A DNA stretch of 64,000 bases from Pristiophorus japonicus (Eukaryota). The notes beneath the pieces were generated by a model. The model was not told the DNA's origin and ran no database searches. It saw only the letters and a list, made by a program, of their open reading frames with translations. Position numbers and translations under genes: made by a program. Shown one piece after another: positions 13,988 to 27,500 of the stretch; position 1 is the stretch's first letter, and each line of letters starts with the position of its first letter. The DNA lies in the NCBI RefSeq assembly GCF_044704955.1, contig NC_091995.1:49724001-49788000 (forward strand). The letters run 5' to 3'.

Positions 13988-14319
13988 ATGCTGTTCTTGG
14001 AGTGCCATTGAAATGGCGGTGGGACTGCCATTAAAGGAATGGACCTACTAGCGCGACTGCCATTTTTTTTTGCCGGCCGACTGCCATGTCGGGGCGACAA
14101 TTATACCCCCGGGTTCGGCTGGGCAGCCAACAGGCAGCCTGGCATGCTGTATTGGGTGCCAGGCTGCTGACCGGCTGAACCGCTTCATAGTGGCCCAGTG
14201 GCCCTAACTGAATGAATCATAGAGGCTCTCATCTTCAGTGAAAGAGAGAGATATGGTGATGCGACAGCATCATGATGTCATCAGCGCTACACTGATAAGT
14301 GACCGAGGCAGACACTCCG

Positions 14320-14562
14320 CTCACCCACACTTCCCCCCCCTCTACTTACGGAACTCCCCTCAACCACAATTCCCCCCCTCTACTGACCGAACTCCCCTCA
14401 CCCACACTTCCCCCCCCTCTACTTACCGAACTTCACTCACCCACACTTCCCCCCCTCTACTTACCGAACTCCCCTCACCCACACTTCCCTCCCTCGATTG
14501 ACCGAACTCCCCTCACCCACACTTCCCCCCCCTCTACTTACCGAACTCCCCTCACCCACACT
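14320..14562. repeat. C-rich ~38-bp minisatellite, left part
   Basis: Unit ccccccctctacttaccgaactcccctcacccacactt; the same unit resumes at 34476. Confidence 0.9.
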
Positions 14563-17169
14563 TGCTAGTCAGAGTAGGAATCGCAGGATAGCACAGATGA
14601 ATACGTGGCTTGAGCAGTGGTGCAGCAGGGAGGGATTCAAATTCGTGGGGCATTGGAACAGGTTCTGGGGGAGGTGGGACCAGTACAAACTGGACGGTCT
14701 GCACTTGGGCAGCACTGGAACCAATTTCCTAGGGGGAATGTTTGCTAGTGCTGCTGGAGAGGAGTTAAACTAATATGGCAGGGGGATGGGAACCAAGACA
14801 GGGAGACAGAGGGAAACAAAAGTGAGACAAAAACAAAAGACAGAAAAGAGATGAGTAAAAGTGGAGGGCAGAGAAACCAAAGGCAAAAAACAAAAAGGGC
14901 CACTGAATATAAAAGGGCTGCAGGAGGGGTCAAAACTAAAAATCATGGTTTAAAAACTAGGATGAAAACAATCTACCTAAATGCACGCAGCATTCGAAAT
15001 ATAGTAAATAAGTTGACGGCACAAATCATTACAAATGGGTATGATTTGGTGGCCATTACAGAAACACGGTTGCAGGGTGGCCAAGACTGGGAATTAAACA
15101 TACAGGGGTATCTGACGATTCAGAAAGATAGGCAAGAAGGGAAAGGAGGTGGGGTAGCTCTGTTAATAAAAGATGATATCAGGGCAGTTGTGAGGGATGA
15201 TATTGGCTCCAATGAACAAAATGTTGAATCATTGTGGGTGGAGATTAGAGATAGTAAGGGGAAAAAGTCACTGGTCGGCATAGTTTATAGGCCCCCAAAT
15301 AATGACTTCACAGTGGGGCAGGCAATAATCAAGGGAATAATGGAGGCATGTGAAAAAGGAACGGCAGTAGTCATGGGGGATTTTAACCTACATATCGATT
15401 GGTCAACTGAAATCGCAGGGGGTAGCCTGCAGGAGCAATTCATAGAATGCAAACGGGATTGTTTCTCAGAACAGTATGTAACAGAAGCTACAAGGGAGCA
15501 AGCCATCTTAGATCTGGTCCTGTGTAATGAGACAGGAAAAATAAACAATCTCCGAGTAAAAGATCCTCTCGGAATGAGTGATCACAATATGGTTGAATTT
15601 GTAATACAGATTGAGGATGAGGAAGTTGTGTCAGAAACGAGCGTACTATGCTTAAACAAAGGGGACGACAGTGGGATGAGGGCAGAGTTGGCTAAAGTAG
15701 ACTGGAAACAAGGACTAAACGGTGGCACAATTGAGGAACAGTGGAGGACTTTTAAGGAGTTCTTTCACAGTGCACAACAAAAATATATTCCAGTGAAAAA
15801 GAAGGGCGGCAAGAGAAGGGATAACCAGCTGTAGATAACCAAGGAAATAAAGGAAAGTATCAAATCAAAGACAAATGCGTATAAGGTGGCCAAGGTTAGT
15901 GGGAAACTAGAGGATTGGGAAAATTTTAAGCAACAGCAAAGAATGACTAAAAAAGCAATAAAGAAAGGGAAGATAGATTACGAAGGTAAACTTGTGCAAA
16001 ACATAAAAACAGATAATAAAAGCTTTTACAGATATATAAAACGGAAAAGAGTGACTAAAGTAAATGTTGGTCCCTTAGAAGATGAAAAGGGGGATTTAAT
16101 AATGGGAAATGTGGAAATGGCTGAGACCTTAAACAATTATTTTGCTTCCGTCTTCACAGTGGAAGACACAAAAACCATGCCAAAATTTGCAGGCCACAGG
16201 AATGTGGGAAGGGAGGACCTTGAGACAATCACTATCACTAGGGGGGGTAGTGCTGGACAGGCTAATGGGACTGAAGGTGGACAAGTCCCCTGGTCCTGAT
16301 GAAATGCATCTCAGGGTATTAAAAGAGATGGCGGAAGTTATAGCAGATGCATTCGTTATAATCTACCAAAATTCTCTGGACTCTGGGGAGGTACCAGCGG
16401 ATTGGAAAACAGCTAATGTAATGCCTCTGTTTAAAAAAGGGGGCAGACAAAAGGCAGGTAACTATAGGCCGGTTAGTTTAACATCTGTAGTGGGGAAAAT
16501 GCTTGAAACTATCAATAAGGAAGAAATAGCGGGACATTGAGAAAGGAATAGTGCAATCAAGCAGGCGCAGCATGGATTCATGAAGGAGAAATCATGTTTA
16601 ACTAACTTACTGGAATTCTTTGAGGATATAACGAGCATGGTGGATAGAGGTGTACCAATGGATGTGGTGTATTTAGATTTCCAAAAGGCATTCGATAAGG
16701 TGCCACACAAAAGGTTACTGCAGAAGATAAAGGTACGCGGAGTCAGAGGAAATGTATTAGCATGGATAGAGAATTGACTGGCGAACAGAAAGCAGAGAGT
16801 CGGGATAAATGGGTCCTTTTCCGGGTGGAAATCAATGGTTAGAGGTGTGCCACAGGGATCAGTGCTGGGACCACAATTGTTTACAATATACATAGATGAC
16901 CTAGAAGAGGGGACAGAGTGTAGTGCAACAACATTTGCAGATGACACTAAGATTAGTGGGAAAGCGGGTTGTGTAGAGGACTCAGAGAGGCTACAAGGAG
17001 ATTTGGATAGGTTAAGCGAATGGGCTAAAGTTTGGCAGATGGAATACAATGTCGGAAAGTGTGAGGTCATCCACCTTGGGAAAAAAAACAGTAAAAGGGA
17101 ATATTATTTGAATGGGGAGAAATTACAACATGCTGTTGTGCAGAGGGACCTGGGGTCCTTGTGCATGAA
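14563..17169 (+). mobile_element. CR1-D (5'-truncated) left part: ORF1 end, APE, RT; host of the Tx1 array
   Basis: YLNARS, ITET, GDFN, SDH, YRPVSLTS and FADD motifs; it stops at VQRDLG(V)LVHE. Confidence 0.95.
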
Positions 17170-20100
17170 ACTCTTTTAGAGTCTACCTGCAAAACATAAA
17201 CATTAAACTGTGCCACCCGACCTGGGTGACACACCAGACATTTACAAAGCCCTTTTTTTCCTTTTTTTGGTTTTTTTTTGTGTGTGTTTTTTTTTTTGGC
17301 ACTAAAATCACAATTTCTCCGGTGCCCCCTATAAAAGGGAAGGGGACACTAAAAGCACCGGCAATTAAAACAAATTAAACTTTAAAACGTAAAATCAAAT
17401 TAAAATTTGGTTGCCGGGCGTGATGATGCACTCCAGTCCCTCCGGTGCCCACCTCTCGCGGAAGGCCGCGAGCGTACCGGTGGACACCGCGTGCTCCATC
17501 TCCAAGGACACCCTGGACCGGATGTAAGAGCGGAAGAGAGGCAGGCAGTCAGGTTGAATGACCCCCTCGACCGCCCGCTGCCTGGACCGGCTGATGGTAC
17601 CCTTGGCCGTGCCCAGGAGCAGTCCTACGAGGAGGCCTTCGGACCTACCCGCTCCCCTCCGCACAGGGTGCCCAAAGATCAGGAGGGTGGGACTGAAGTG
17701 CAGCCAGAATTTCAGGAGCAGCCCCTTCAAATAATGGAACAGGGGCTGCAACCTCGTGCACTCAATAAAAACATGGAACACGGACTCCTCCAGACCGCAG
17801 AAATTGCAGGCGGCCTGGGAGTCCGTGAACCGGCTTAAAAATTTGTTGCACGGCACTGCTCCGTGCACCACCCTCCAGGCCAAGTCCCCGATGAATAGTG
17901 GGAGGACCCCTGCGTCGAGTGCCCTCCATCGGGGACCACCGCCTCCTCCGGACGGCAAGATGGTACGCCATGGCGTGTCCGGACGGCCGGCGAGGATGGC
18001 AAAGTTGAGGGTGTGCAGGAGCAGCCCGTACAGGAAACCCCTCCGCGCGGAACTGAAAGGCACGGAGGGGATTTCCCCGAGGCGGCTCAAGTTGTGAGGC
18101 GCCGGCCCCCGAGGGAGGTTCCGGGGTTTGGCGCCGATGAGGAATTCCGTCCGGACGGGGGTCAGTTCGGACGGGATCTCCCCACGTGCTTGAGCCTCCT
18201 CGATGCACCTAACGGAGTCAGGGCCCAGAGCTGTTTTTAGCGACTCGATGGCATCGGCCGCGTGGCGGACGTTGGCAGAGTTTAGGCGCCGCGCCAGCGT
18301 GTCTGGCGCCATCCAGCCCGCTCCTCCGCCATCGAGCAGGTCCCTGACCCTGGTCACCTCACCAGCCACAGCCCTCTCTTCCGACCGCCACATAAAACCT
18401 CTCCCGTGGAGGTACGGATTCCCGAGCAGCGGCTCCTGCAGGACGGCCGCCACTCCAGCCGGCGGAGAGCTGCGCTTGGTGGAGACTTTGTTCCAGACCC
18501 TGATGAGTTCCCTGTAAAAGACAGGCAGCTCCCGGAGGGCGGTCCTGGCACCCCCCAAGTTCACAAACAGGAGCTGCGTGTCATAATTGAGGTCGCGCTG
18601 CTGGCGGAAGAAATACATCGCCAGAGCGCACCACCTAGGAGGGGGCTCGACGTAAAGGTATCTCTGCAGGGTCTGAAGACGGAAAGTCGCGAGCTGGGCG
18701 CTGACGCACACCAACGACTGACCGCCCTCCTCAAGCGGGAGACTCAAGACCGCGGCAGAGACCCAGTGCTTCCTGTTGTTCCAGAAGAAGTCCACCAGCT
18801 TCTTCTGTATCTTGGCGACAAACGCAGGGGGTGGGGTCAAAGTGACCAGCCGGTACCACAGCATTGCGGCCACCAGCTGGTTTATGACTAGCGCTCGACC
18901 CCTGTAGGACAGCACTCGGAGCAGTCCTGTCCAGCGCCCTAGGCGAGCGGCGACCTTGGCCTCCAGCTCCTGCCAGTTCGCCGGCCAGGCTCCCTCGTCG
19001 GGGCTAAGGTAGACTCCCAGATAGAGGAGATGGGTCGTGCTCCAGGCAAAAGGCCTGAGCTCCTCCGGCAGGGAGTCCACCCGCCACTGACCCACCAGGA
19101 GTCCGGAACATTTCTCCCAGTTGATCCTGGCGGAGGACGCGGCCGAGTAAATCTCCTGGCACTCACGCATCCTCCGCAGGTCAGCGGGATCCTCTACCGC
19201 GAGGAGCACGTCATCGGCGTAAGCCGAGAGGACGACCTCCACGCCCGGCCCTTGCAGAGCCAGTCCCGTCAACCTCGTCCGCAAGAGGCGCAGGAAAGGC
19301 TCCACGCAAACGGCGTATAACTGGCCGGACATGGGGCATCCCTGGCGCACCCCTCTCCTAAAGCGAAGGGGCGCCGTCAAGGACCCGTTAACCTTAATCA
19401 GACACTCCGCGGCGGCGTACAAAAGTCGGATCCGGGCGACGAAATGCGTCCCGAACCCGAAAGCGCGCAGAGTTCCGAGCAGATAGTCGTGATCCACCCT
19501 GTCGAACGCCTTCTCTTGGTCGAGGGATAGGAAGGCGACCGACAGACCAGCCTCCTGGGAACAATGGATGAGGTCCCGGACCAGATGGATGTTATCGTGG
19601 ATTGTCCGGCCCGGGACCGTGTAGGACTGGTCGGGGTGGATCATGTGGTCCAGCACGGCACCAAGGCGAGCAGACATCGCCCTGGCGAAGATTTTGTAGT
19701 CCGTGCTGAGGAGGGAGACCGGGCGCCAGTTCTTAAGGAGGCGGAGATCGCCCTTCTTAGGCAGCAGGACGATGACTGCCCTGCGCCAAGAGAGGGGCAT
19801 CTCCCCGGTCGCCAGACTTTCCCCCAGGACCCGCGCGTAGTCGCTCCCCAGGACGTCCCAGAACGCCCTGTGGAACTCCACGGTCAGCCCGTCCTGCCCC
19901 GGGGATTTTCCCCTCGAGAGCCGGGCGAGGGCACCGGTCAGCTCCGCCAGGCTTAGCGGAGCTTCCAGATTTTCGGCGCCCTCCGGGCTGACCTTCGGCA
20001 GGTCCTCCCACAAAACTCTACGCGCTTCCTCGCTGGACGGATCCGGAGAGAACAGAGCCCCGTAATATTCACGGACCCTGTTGTTGACGCCCTCCGGATC

Positions 20101-23100
20101 CGAGACGAGAGAGCCGTCGTCGGCCAGCAGCGTCAAGAGCTGCTTACGGACACTCTGCCTTTTTTCCAGCGAATAGAAGAAGGGGGAGCCGCGGTCCAGA
20201 TCTCGCAGGAACTGGATCCGCGACCTCACGAACGCGCCTCGGGACCCGACGAGCTGCAGGTCATTCAGCGCGGCCTTCTTCGCTTCGTACACCGTCCGCA
20301 GGGCCGGGTCCTGGACGACTTGACCGAGACGGGCTTCCAGGTCGAGCACCTCTTTTTCTAGGCGCCCGACTCTGGCCGCCCACCTCTTGGTCGACCCCCT
20401 CGCGTACTCTTGACAGAAGACGCGGACGTGAGCCTTGCCCACGTCCCACCATAGCCTCAAGGAGGGGAAGCCCCCCTGCTTCCTTCTCCAGTCGGACCAG
20501 AATCAACGGAACGAGTCCTGGAACCGCACGTCCTCCAGCAGCCGGTTGTTAAAGTGCCAGTACGCGGACCCCGTCCTCGCGCGGAGCGAAGCGAGCTCCG
20601 CCCACACCAGGTGGTGGTCCGAACACGGCACCGGCCGCATGGAGGCCGCCGGGACGCAGGAAACGTACGCCCGAGACACGTAAAGGCGGTCGACTCTAGA
20701 CCATCCAACTCCAGGCCTCACCCAAGTAAAGGCGCTGGAGTCGGGGTGGAGATTTCGCCAGACGTCCACCAAGTCGAAGGACCCGACCAGGTCCCTCAAC
20801 TTCTCCATCGCCGTCATGCACTGCGGGGCACCGGAGCGGTCCCGCGCCTCGAGGGTGCAGTTAAAATCCCCCCCGAGGACAATGCAGTCGCCGACGTCGA
20901 CGGAGCCAAGAAGAGCGGACACCTCTTCAAAGAAGCGCGTTTGCTGCGGGCCGGGCTGAGGGGCGTACACGTTCACGAGATGGAGCGGCACGTCCCCCAG
21001 TTGAACCGTTACGTGCAGCAAGCGGCCTGGCACGGGCTCCTCGACCCCCAAGATCTCCGGCTGAAAATGCGGGCCCAGCAAGATGGCCACCCCACTAGAA
21101 ATGGCGGTGAGGTGGCTCATGCGGACCTCTCCTTGCCATTCCAGGAGCCACGTGACTTCGTCTCCCGGAACGGTGTGGGTTTCTTGCAGGAAGCACACCG
21201 CATATTTCCCCTCCCGCAGGAGCGAAAAATTGTCAAATCTACGGCGTGCCCCTCTGCCGCCGTTGATGTTGAGGCTGGCTATGGTTATCTTCATGGCAAA
21301 AGCATAGTGCAACCTCTACCTTAACCTATTGTGGGGGAGGGAGCGGAGTCTTTTGTTGAACTCCGCTCCCTCCGCAGCCCAGCGAGGAGTCCCTCGAGCT
21401 CGCGCAGCTCAAGCTGTTGCGCCTTTGTCAAGGGCCCGCCCGCGGCCAAGGTTTTGACGGCGGCGCGGACGGACCCCTTGATCAGCTCTGGCTCGGACCA
21501 TTTTTCCAGGGCCAGTCGGGCTTGGTTGCAGCGACCCCGGCTCTGGGCCAAAAAGTCCCGGAGTTCCCGTGCAGGAATGAGGATGGTCTCGGCGGCGGCC
21601 GCGAGCAGATCCACCGCCTCGCTGGCGGTGGTCTCTAGGTCTTCACCCGCGTCCCCCACCGAGTCCCCGTCCTCCTCCGGGAGGTGGCCGCCAGCAGCCG
21701 GCCCATCGACCGCACAAGGTACGGCAAATGAACCGGCCGCTCCAACCGGCCCTGGCTCTGCCCGATCCCACCCCCAGGATCGTCGGCAGAGGAGTCCCCA
21801 CTGGGCTCTTTTAAAAATGGTGCTGGGCCTGGAAATGACAGCGGAAGGGGTTCCCCCTCCGCCCCAGGAACTGGGGAACAAGGAGAGACCCGGCCATAGG
21901 AAATCCCCAGGCTCCCCAAGTGCACCAGCTCCAAAGTAAGGGGCGAGGGTGTGTGTTCCTCCCCCTCCCCGCTGCCACCCCCCGGCCCAGCATCTACAGT
22001 TTCATTAAAATCAGTAAATTGTGTTTCTGCCGGGTCGAGCGACTCCCGGGGGAAGTTGGGTATTGGCTGGGCGGGCTCAGGTTCGGCCTTTTCGGCCCCG
22101 CCCGCCTCAGTCCCCGGGACGCCCGGCCCGGCAGCAATGCATTCTTCCGCTGGCCCCACGCCCCCCACGACAGGCAGATCTTCCACTCCATCCCCAGGAG
22201 GCAGCGGCTGGGCAGCCTCGACTGCCTCACCCTCCCCGGGGACAGACTCTTCGCGCCTGAAGCGCAATTTGGGAGCGCTGGTGGGGGACGCGGGACACGC
22301 GGCGGGCACCGACTCCTCCGCGGAGGGATGTTGTTCCCCCTCCGCCTCATCGGAGCCGCGCCTCCTTTTGTTCCTGGGGGCGCGCGGAGGCAGGGAGACC
22401 CCCATGTCTGCCGAGGCCTCCCGCTCCGCCCCCCCCTTTTCCTTTCCTTTCCCGCGCCCGGGCCCCTCTGTGGTGTTATTCAAGGGCCCGGGCACGGGCT
22501 CGGGGCACCCCGCGCTCGCCGGTGACTGGGTTGGGCTGAGCGCGGTGGTCAAACTTTCCGGCGCACTGAGGGGACCCGCCTCTAGATGTCTCGTCTTCTT
22601 CCGCGCCTTCCTTCCGTTCGGACGCTCTCCCTCCCCCCCGCCGGAGGCCCCGAAAACAAAGGCCTCCGACGATACCCGCGCACCTATGGCTCCCGGCACG
22701 CGGACGCAACTAGGGGGAGGGGTGGCGGCGGCGCCAGCCTTGGCCGCCTTTGGTGGTTTGGCGGCCTTGGAGGCGGGGCAGTTCTTGCGAATGTGCCCCA
22801 CCTCTCTGCAGGCATGGCACCGCACGCCGTCCGACGTCCAGAAGACGCGGTAGGCAGTCCCCTCGTGCACCACATTAAAAGACCCCTCCGTCGTCTCCTC
22901 CCGCGCCAGCCGGACAAAGAGCTGGCGGCGGAAGGAGAACACGTGGCGTAGGCTGCTCTCCCTGAGGCCGAGCGGTATGGGGTTGATCCCCGACCTTACC
23001 TCCCCCAGTTGTTGTAGGTGAGGGAGGAGGAGCCCAGCGGGAACAAAGGGCGGGACGTTCGATATGATGACCCTCTGCGCGGTGGCCTCGAGAGGGTCCA

Positions 23101-24298
23101 CCGGCAGGAACGTCCCGCCCACCGTGAGCCCCTTTTCAAGGGCCAGGGACACCGCCCGCTCCGACCCCAGGAAGAAAACAGCCTTCCCAGACATCTTGGA
23201 GGCCGCGACAATGGCTGAGGGGCCGACTACCCCAGCCATCACCCGCACGCACTCCTCAATGCTCATTGTGGGGTGAGTGTAGCTCTTGACCCCGTGTTTC
23301 CTGGTTATAAGTCTGAAAGGTGGCAGGGCAGCGGGTGGCGCAGGAGGTGCCGTGGAAGCGGTTGCCACCTGCGCATACGTCTTCGCTGGCCCTGCCACCG
23401 GCGTGGATGAGGTCGCCATCACGGGGTCCCTTTAAGGGCTACACCCACCCCAAAGTCACAGGCCTTAATGGTCTTGATTGGCCTCGTTTGGTTTGACTGA
23501 GCAGAGGAGCTCTTAATGAGGCACCTCTCCCCTAGTTGGTAATTGGGGAGGGGCCTTGCTCCCTCTGCTCAGTTGTCTTAATTGGTTTTTTTTTTAAATT
23601 AGGAAGAAAGGGCTCTCAGAGAGAGAGGGGGGTGGGAAGGGGGGGGACTGCGAGGTCAGGTCTCCCCTCGCAGCTGTAGGTGGGTGCACTCCCCAGATGG
23701 CAAAACACACAAGCACAGTCTTTGGGTTGGTCTTCAGGTGGGGGGAGAAGACGTCTTCACCTGGGGTAGCTAGAGCCACCAGGCACACACTCCTAACGAT
23801 GTTAATTGGTGATTTAAAGAAACTTCAGCCTGGTAGCTCCAGCTATCCCAGGCTAGGCAAATGTGGGGGGGTTCCAATTGTGGGGGGGGGGCCTAGTTGT
23901 AAGCACGGCCCCCACGCACACTACCACACACACACACACCCCCCGCGATGTTCCGGCCCTCAGTGGTCTTCTTTCCTCCCCCCACCGATACAACAAAGTC
24001 TCTTGGGAAATGCACCCACACCCACCTGTAGAAATAGTAGAGTCTCCCTCCTTCCACACTGGATGTTGTTGGTTTTTCCCCCTCTCTCCAACTCCTTGCA
24101 GAATGGTAAAGAAGCTGAAATGTTTTCTGTTCTCCTCCTCTCCCTCTGGGTGAAAGTTGGTGGTGAAGCCCCTTCCTTCCTTCTTTTCCTGGGCTGGTCT
24201 CAGGGCTCTCCAGGCAGGAGCTCAAGTTGATGGCTGCTCTCCTCTCTGCAGCTCAGCTCCAACTGTGCAGGACACGCCTCCACTGCTCCATGATTGGT
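17170..24298 (-). mobile_element. Tx1-clade non-LTR retrotransposon copy 1, full length, disabled
   Basis: ORF1 (23422-21321) has a 1-bp deletion near 21761. ORF2 (~21294-17395) has a CGA>TGA stop at 20503-20505 relative to copy 2. Flanked by TCCTTGTGCATGAA at 17156-17169 and 24299-24312. Confidence 0.93.
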
Positions 24299-24551
24299 TC
24301 CTTGTGCATGAAACTCTTTTTGGAGTTCACCTGCAAAACATAAAACATTAAACGGTGCCACCCGACCTGGGTGACACTCCAGACATTTACAAGGCCCTTT
24401 TTTTTTCTCCCCCATTTTTTTTTTTGTGTTTTTCTTTTTTTTGTTTTTTTTTGGGCACTAAAATCAAATTTTTCCAGTGCCCCCTATAAAAGGGGAGGGG
24501 GACACTAAAAGCACCGGCAATTAAAACAAATTAAACTTAAAAAACGTAAAA

Positions 24552-27500
24552 TCAAATTAAAATTTGGTTGCCGGGCGTGATGATGCACTCCAGTCCCTCC
24601 GGTGCCCACCTCTCGCGGAAGGCCGCGAGCGTACCGGTGGACACCGCGTGCTCCATCTCCAAGGACACCCTGGACCGGATGTAAGAGCGGAAGAGAGGCA
24701 GGCAGTCAGGTTGAACGACCCCCTCGACCGCCCGCTGCCTGGACCGGCTGATGGCACCCGTGGCCGTGCCCAGGAGCAGTCCTACGAGGAGGCCTTCGGA
24801 CCTACCCGCTCCCCTCCGCACAGGGTGCCCAAAGATCAGGAGAGTGGGACTGAAGTGCAGCCAGAATTTCAGGAGCAGCCCCTTCAAATAATAAAACAGG
24901 GGCTGCAACCTTGTGCATTCCATAAAAACATGGAACACGGACTCTTCCAGACCGCAGAAATTGCAGGCGGCCTGGGAGTCCGTGAACCGGCTTAAAAATT
25001 TGTTGCACGGCACTGCTCCGTGCACCACCCTCCAGGCCAAGTCCCCGATGAATAGTGGGAGGACCCCTGCGTAGAGTGCCCTCCATCGGGGACCCCCGCC
25101 TCCTCCGGACGGCAAGATGGTACGCCATGGCGTGTCCGGACGGCCGGCAAGGATGGCAAAGTTGAGGGTGTGCAGGAGCAGCCCGTACAGGAAACCCCTC
25201 CGCGCGGAACTGAAAGGCACGGAGGGGATTTCCCCGAGGCGGCTCAAGTTGTGAGGCGCCGGCCCCCGAGGGAGGTTCCGGGGTTTGGCGCCGATGAGGA
25301 ATTCCGTCCGGACGGGGGTCAGTTCGGACGGGATCTCCCCACGTGCTTGAGCCTCCTCGATGCACCTAACGGAGTCAGGGCCCAGAGCCGTTTTTAGCGA
25401 CTCGATGGCATCGGCCGCGTGGCGGACGTTGGCAGAGTTTAGGCGCCGCGCCAGCGTGTCTGGCGCCATCCAGCCCGCTCCTCCGCCATCGAGCAGGTCC
25501 CTGACCCTGGTCACCTCACCAGCCACAGCCCTCTCTTCCGACCGCCACATGAAACCTCGGCCGTGGAGGTACGGATTCCCGAGCAGCGGCTCCTGCAGGA
25601 CGGCCGCCACTCCAGCCGGCGGAGAGCTGCGCTTGGTGGAGACTTTGTTCCAGACCCTGATGAGTTCCCTGTAAAAGACAGGCAGCTCCCGGAGGGCGGT
25701 CCTGGCACCCCCCAAGTTCACAAACAGGAGCTGCGTGTCATAATTGAGGTCGAGCTGCTGGCGGAAGAAATACCTCGCCAGAGCGCACCACCTAGGAGGG
25801 GGCTCGACGTAAAGGTATCTCTGCAGGGTCTGAAGACGGAAAGTCGCGAGCTGGGCGCTGACGCACACCAACGACTGACCGCCCTCCTCAAGCGGGAGAC
25901 TCAAGACTGCGGCAGAGACCCAGTGCTTCCTGTTGTTCCAGAAGAAGTCCACCAGCTTCTTCTGTATCTTGGCGACAAACGCAGGGGGAGGGGTCAAAGT
26001 GACCAGCCGGTACCACAGCATTGCGGCCACCAGCTGGTTTATGACTAGCGCTCGACCCCTGTAGGACAGCACTCGGAGCAGTCCTGTCCAGCGCCCTAGG
26101 CGAGCGGCGACCTTGGCCTCCAGCTCCTGCCAGTTCGCCGGCCAGGCTCCCTCGTCGGGGCTAAGGTAGACTCCCAGATAGAGGAGATGGGTCGTGCTCC
26201 AGGCAAAAGGCCTGAGCTCCTCCGGCAGGGAGTCCACCCGCCACTGACCCACCAGGAGTCCGGAACATTTCTCCCAGTTGATCCTGGCGGAGGACGCGGC
26301 CGAGTAAATCTCCTGGCACTCACGCATCCTCCGCAGGTCAGCGGGATCCTCTACCGCGAGGAGCACGTCATCGGCGTAAGCCGAGAGGACGACCTCCACG
26401 CCCGGCCCTTGCAGAGCCAGTCCCGTCAACCTCGTCCGCAAGAGGCGCAGGAAAGGCTCCACGCAAACGGCGTATAACTGGCCGGACATGGGGCATCCCT
26501 GGCGCACCCCTCTCCTAAAGCGAAGGGGCGCCGTCAAGGACCCGTTAACCTTAATCAGACACTCCGCGGCGGCGTACAAAAGTCGGATCCGGGCGACGAA
26601 ATGCGTCCCGAACCCGAAAGCGCGCAGAGTTCCGAGCAGATAGTCGTGATCCACCCTGTCGAACGCCTTCTCTTGGTCGAGGGATAGGAAGGCGACCGAC
26701 AGACCAGCCTCCTGGGAGCAATGGATGAGGTCCCGGACCAGATGGATGTTGTCGTGGATTGTCCGGCCCGGGACCGTGTAGGACTGGTCGGGGTGGATCA
26801 TGTGGTCCAGCACGGCACCAAGGCGAGCAGACATCGCCCTGGCGAAGATTTTGTAGTCCGTGCTGACGAGGGAGACCGGGCGCCAGTTCTTAAGGAGGCG
26901 GAGATCGCCCTTCTTAGGCAGCAGGACGATGACTGCCCTGCGCCAAGAGAGGGGCATCTCCCCGGTCGCCAGACTTTCCCCCAGGACCCGCGCGTAGTCG
27001 CCCCCCAGGACATCCCAGAACGCCCTGTGGAACTCCACGGTCAGCCCGTCCAGCCCCGGGGATTTTCCCCTCGAGAGCCGGGCGAGGGCACCGGTCAGCT
27101 CCGCCAGGCTTAGCGGAGCTTCCAGATTTTCGGCGCCCTCCGGGCTGACCTTCGGCAAGTCCTCCCACAAAACTCTACGCGCTTCCTCGCTGGACGGATC
27201 CGGAGAGAACAGAGCCCCGTAATATTCACGGGCCCTGTTGTTGACGCCCTCCGGATCCGAGACGAGAGAGCCGTCGTCGGCCAGCAGCGTCAAGAGCTGC
27301 TTACGGACACTCTGCCTTTTTTCCAGCGAGTAGAAGAAGGGGGAGCCGCGGTCCAGATCTCGCAGGAACCGGATCCGCGACCTCACGAACGCGCCTCGGG
27401 ACCCGACGAGCTGCAGGTCCTTCAGCGCGGCCTTCTTCGCTTCGTACACCGTCCGCAGGGCCGGGTCCTGGACGACTTGACCGAGACGGGCTTCCAGGTC

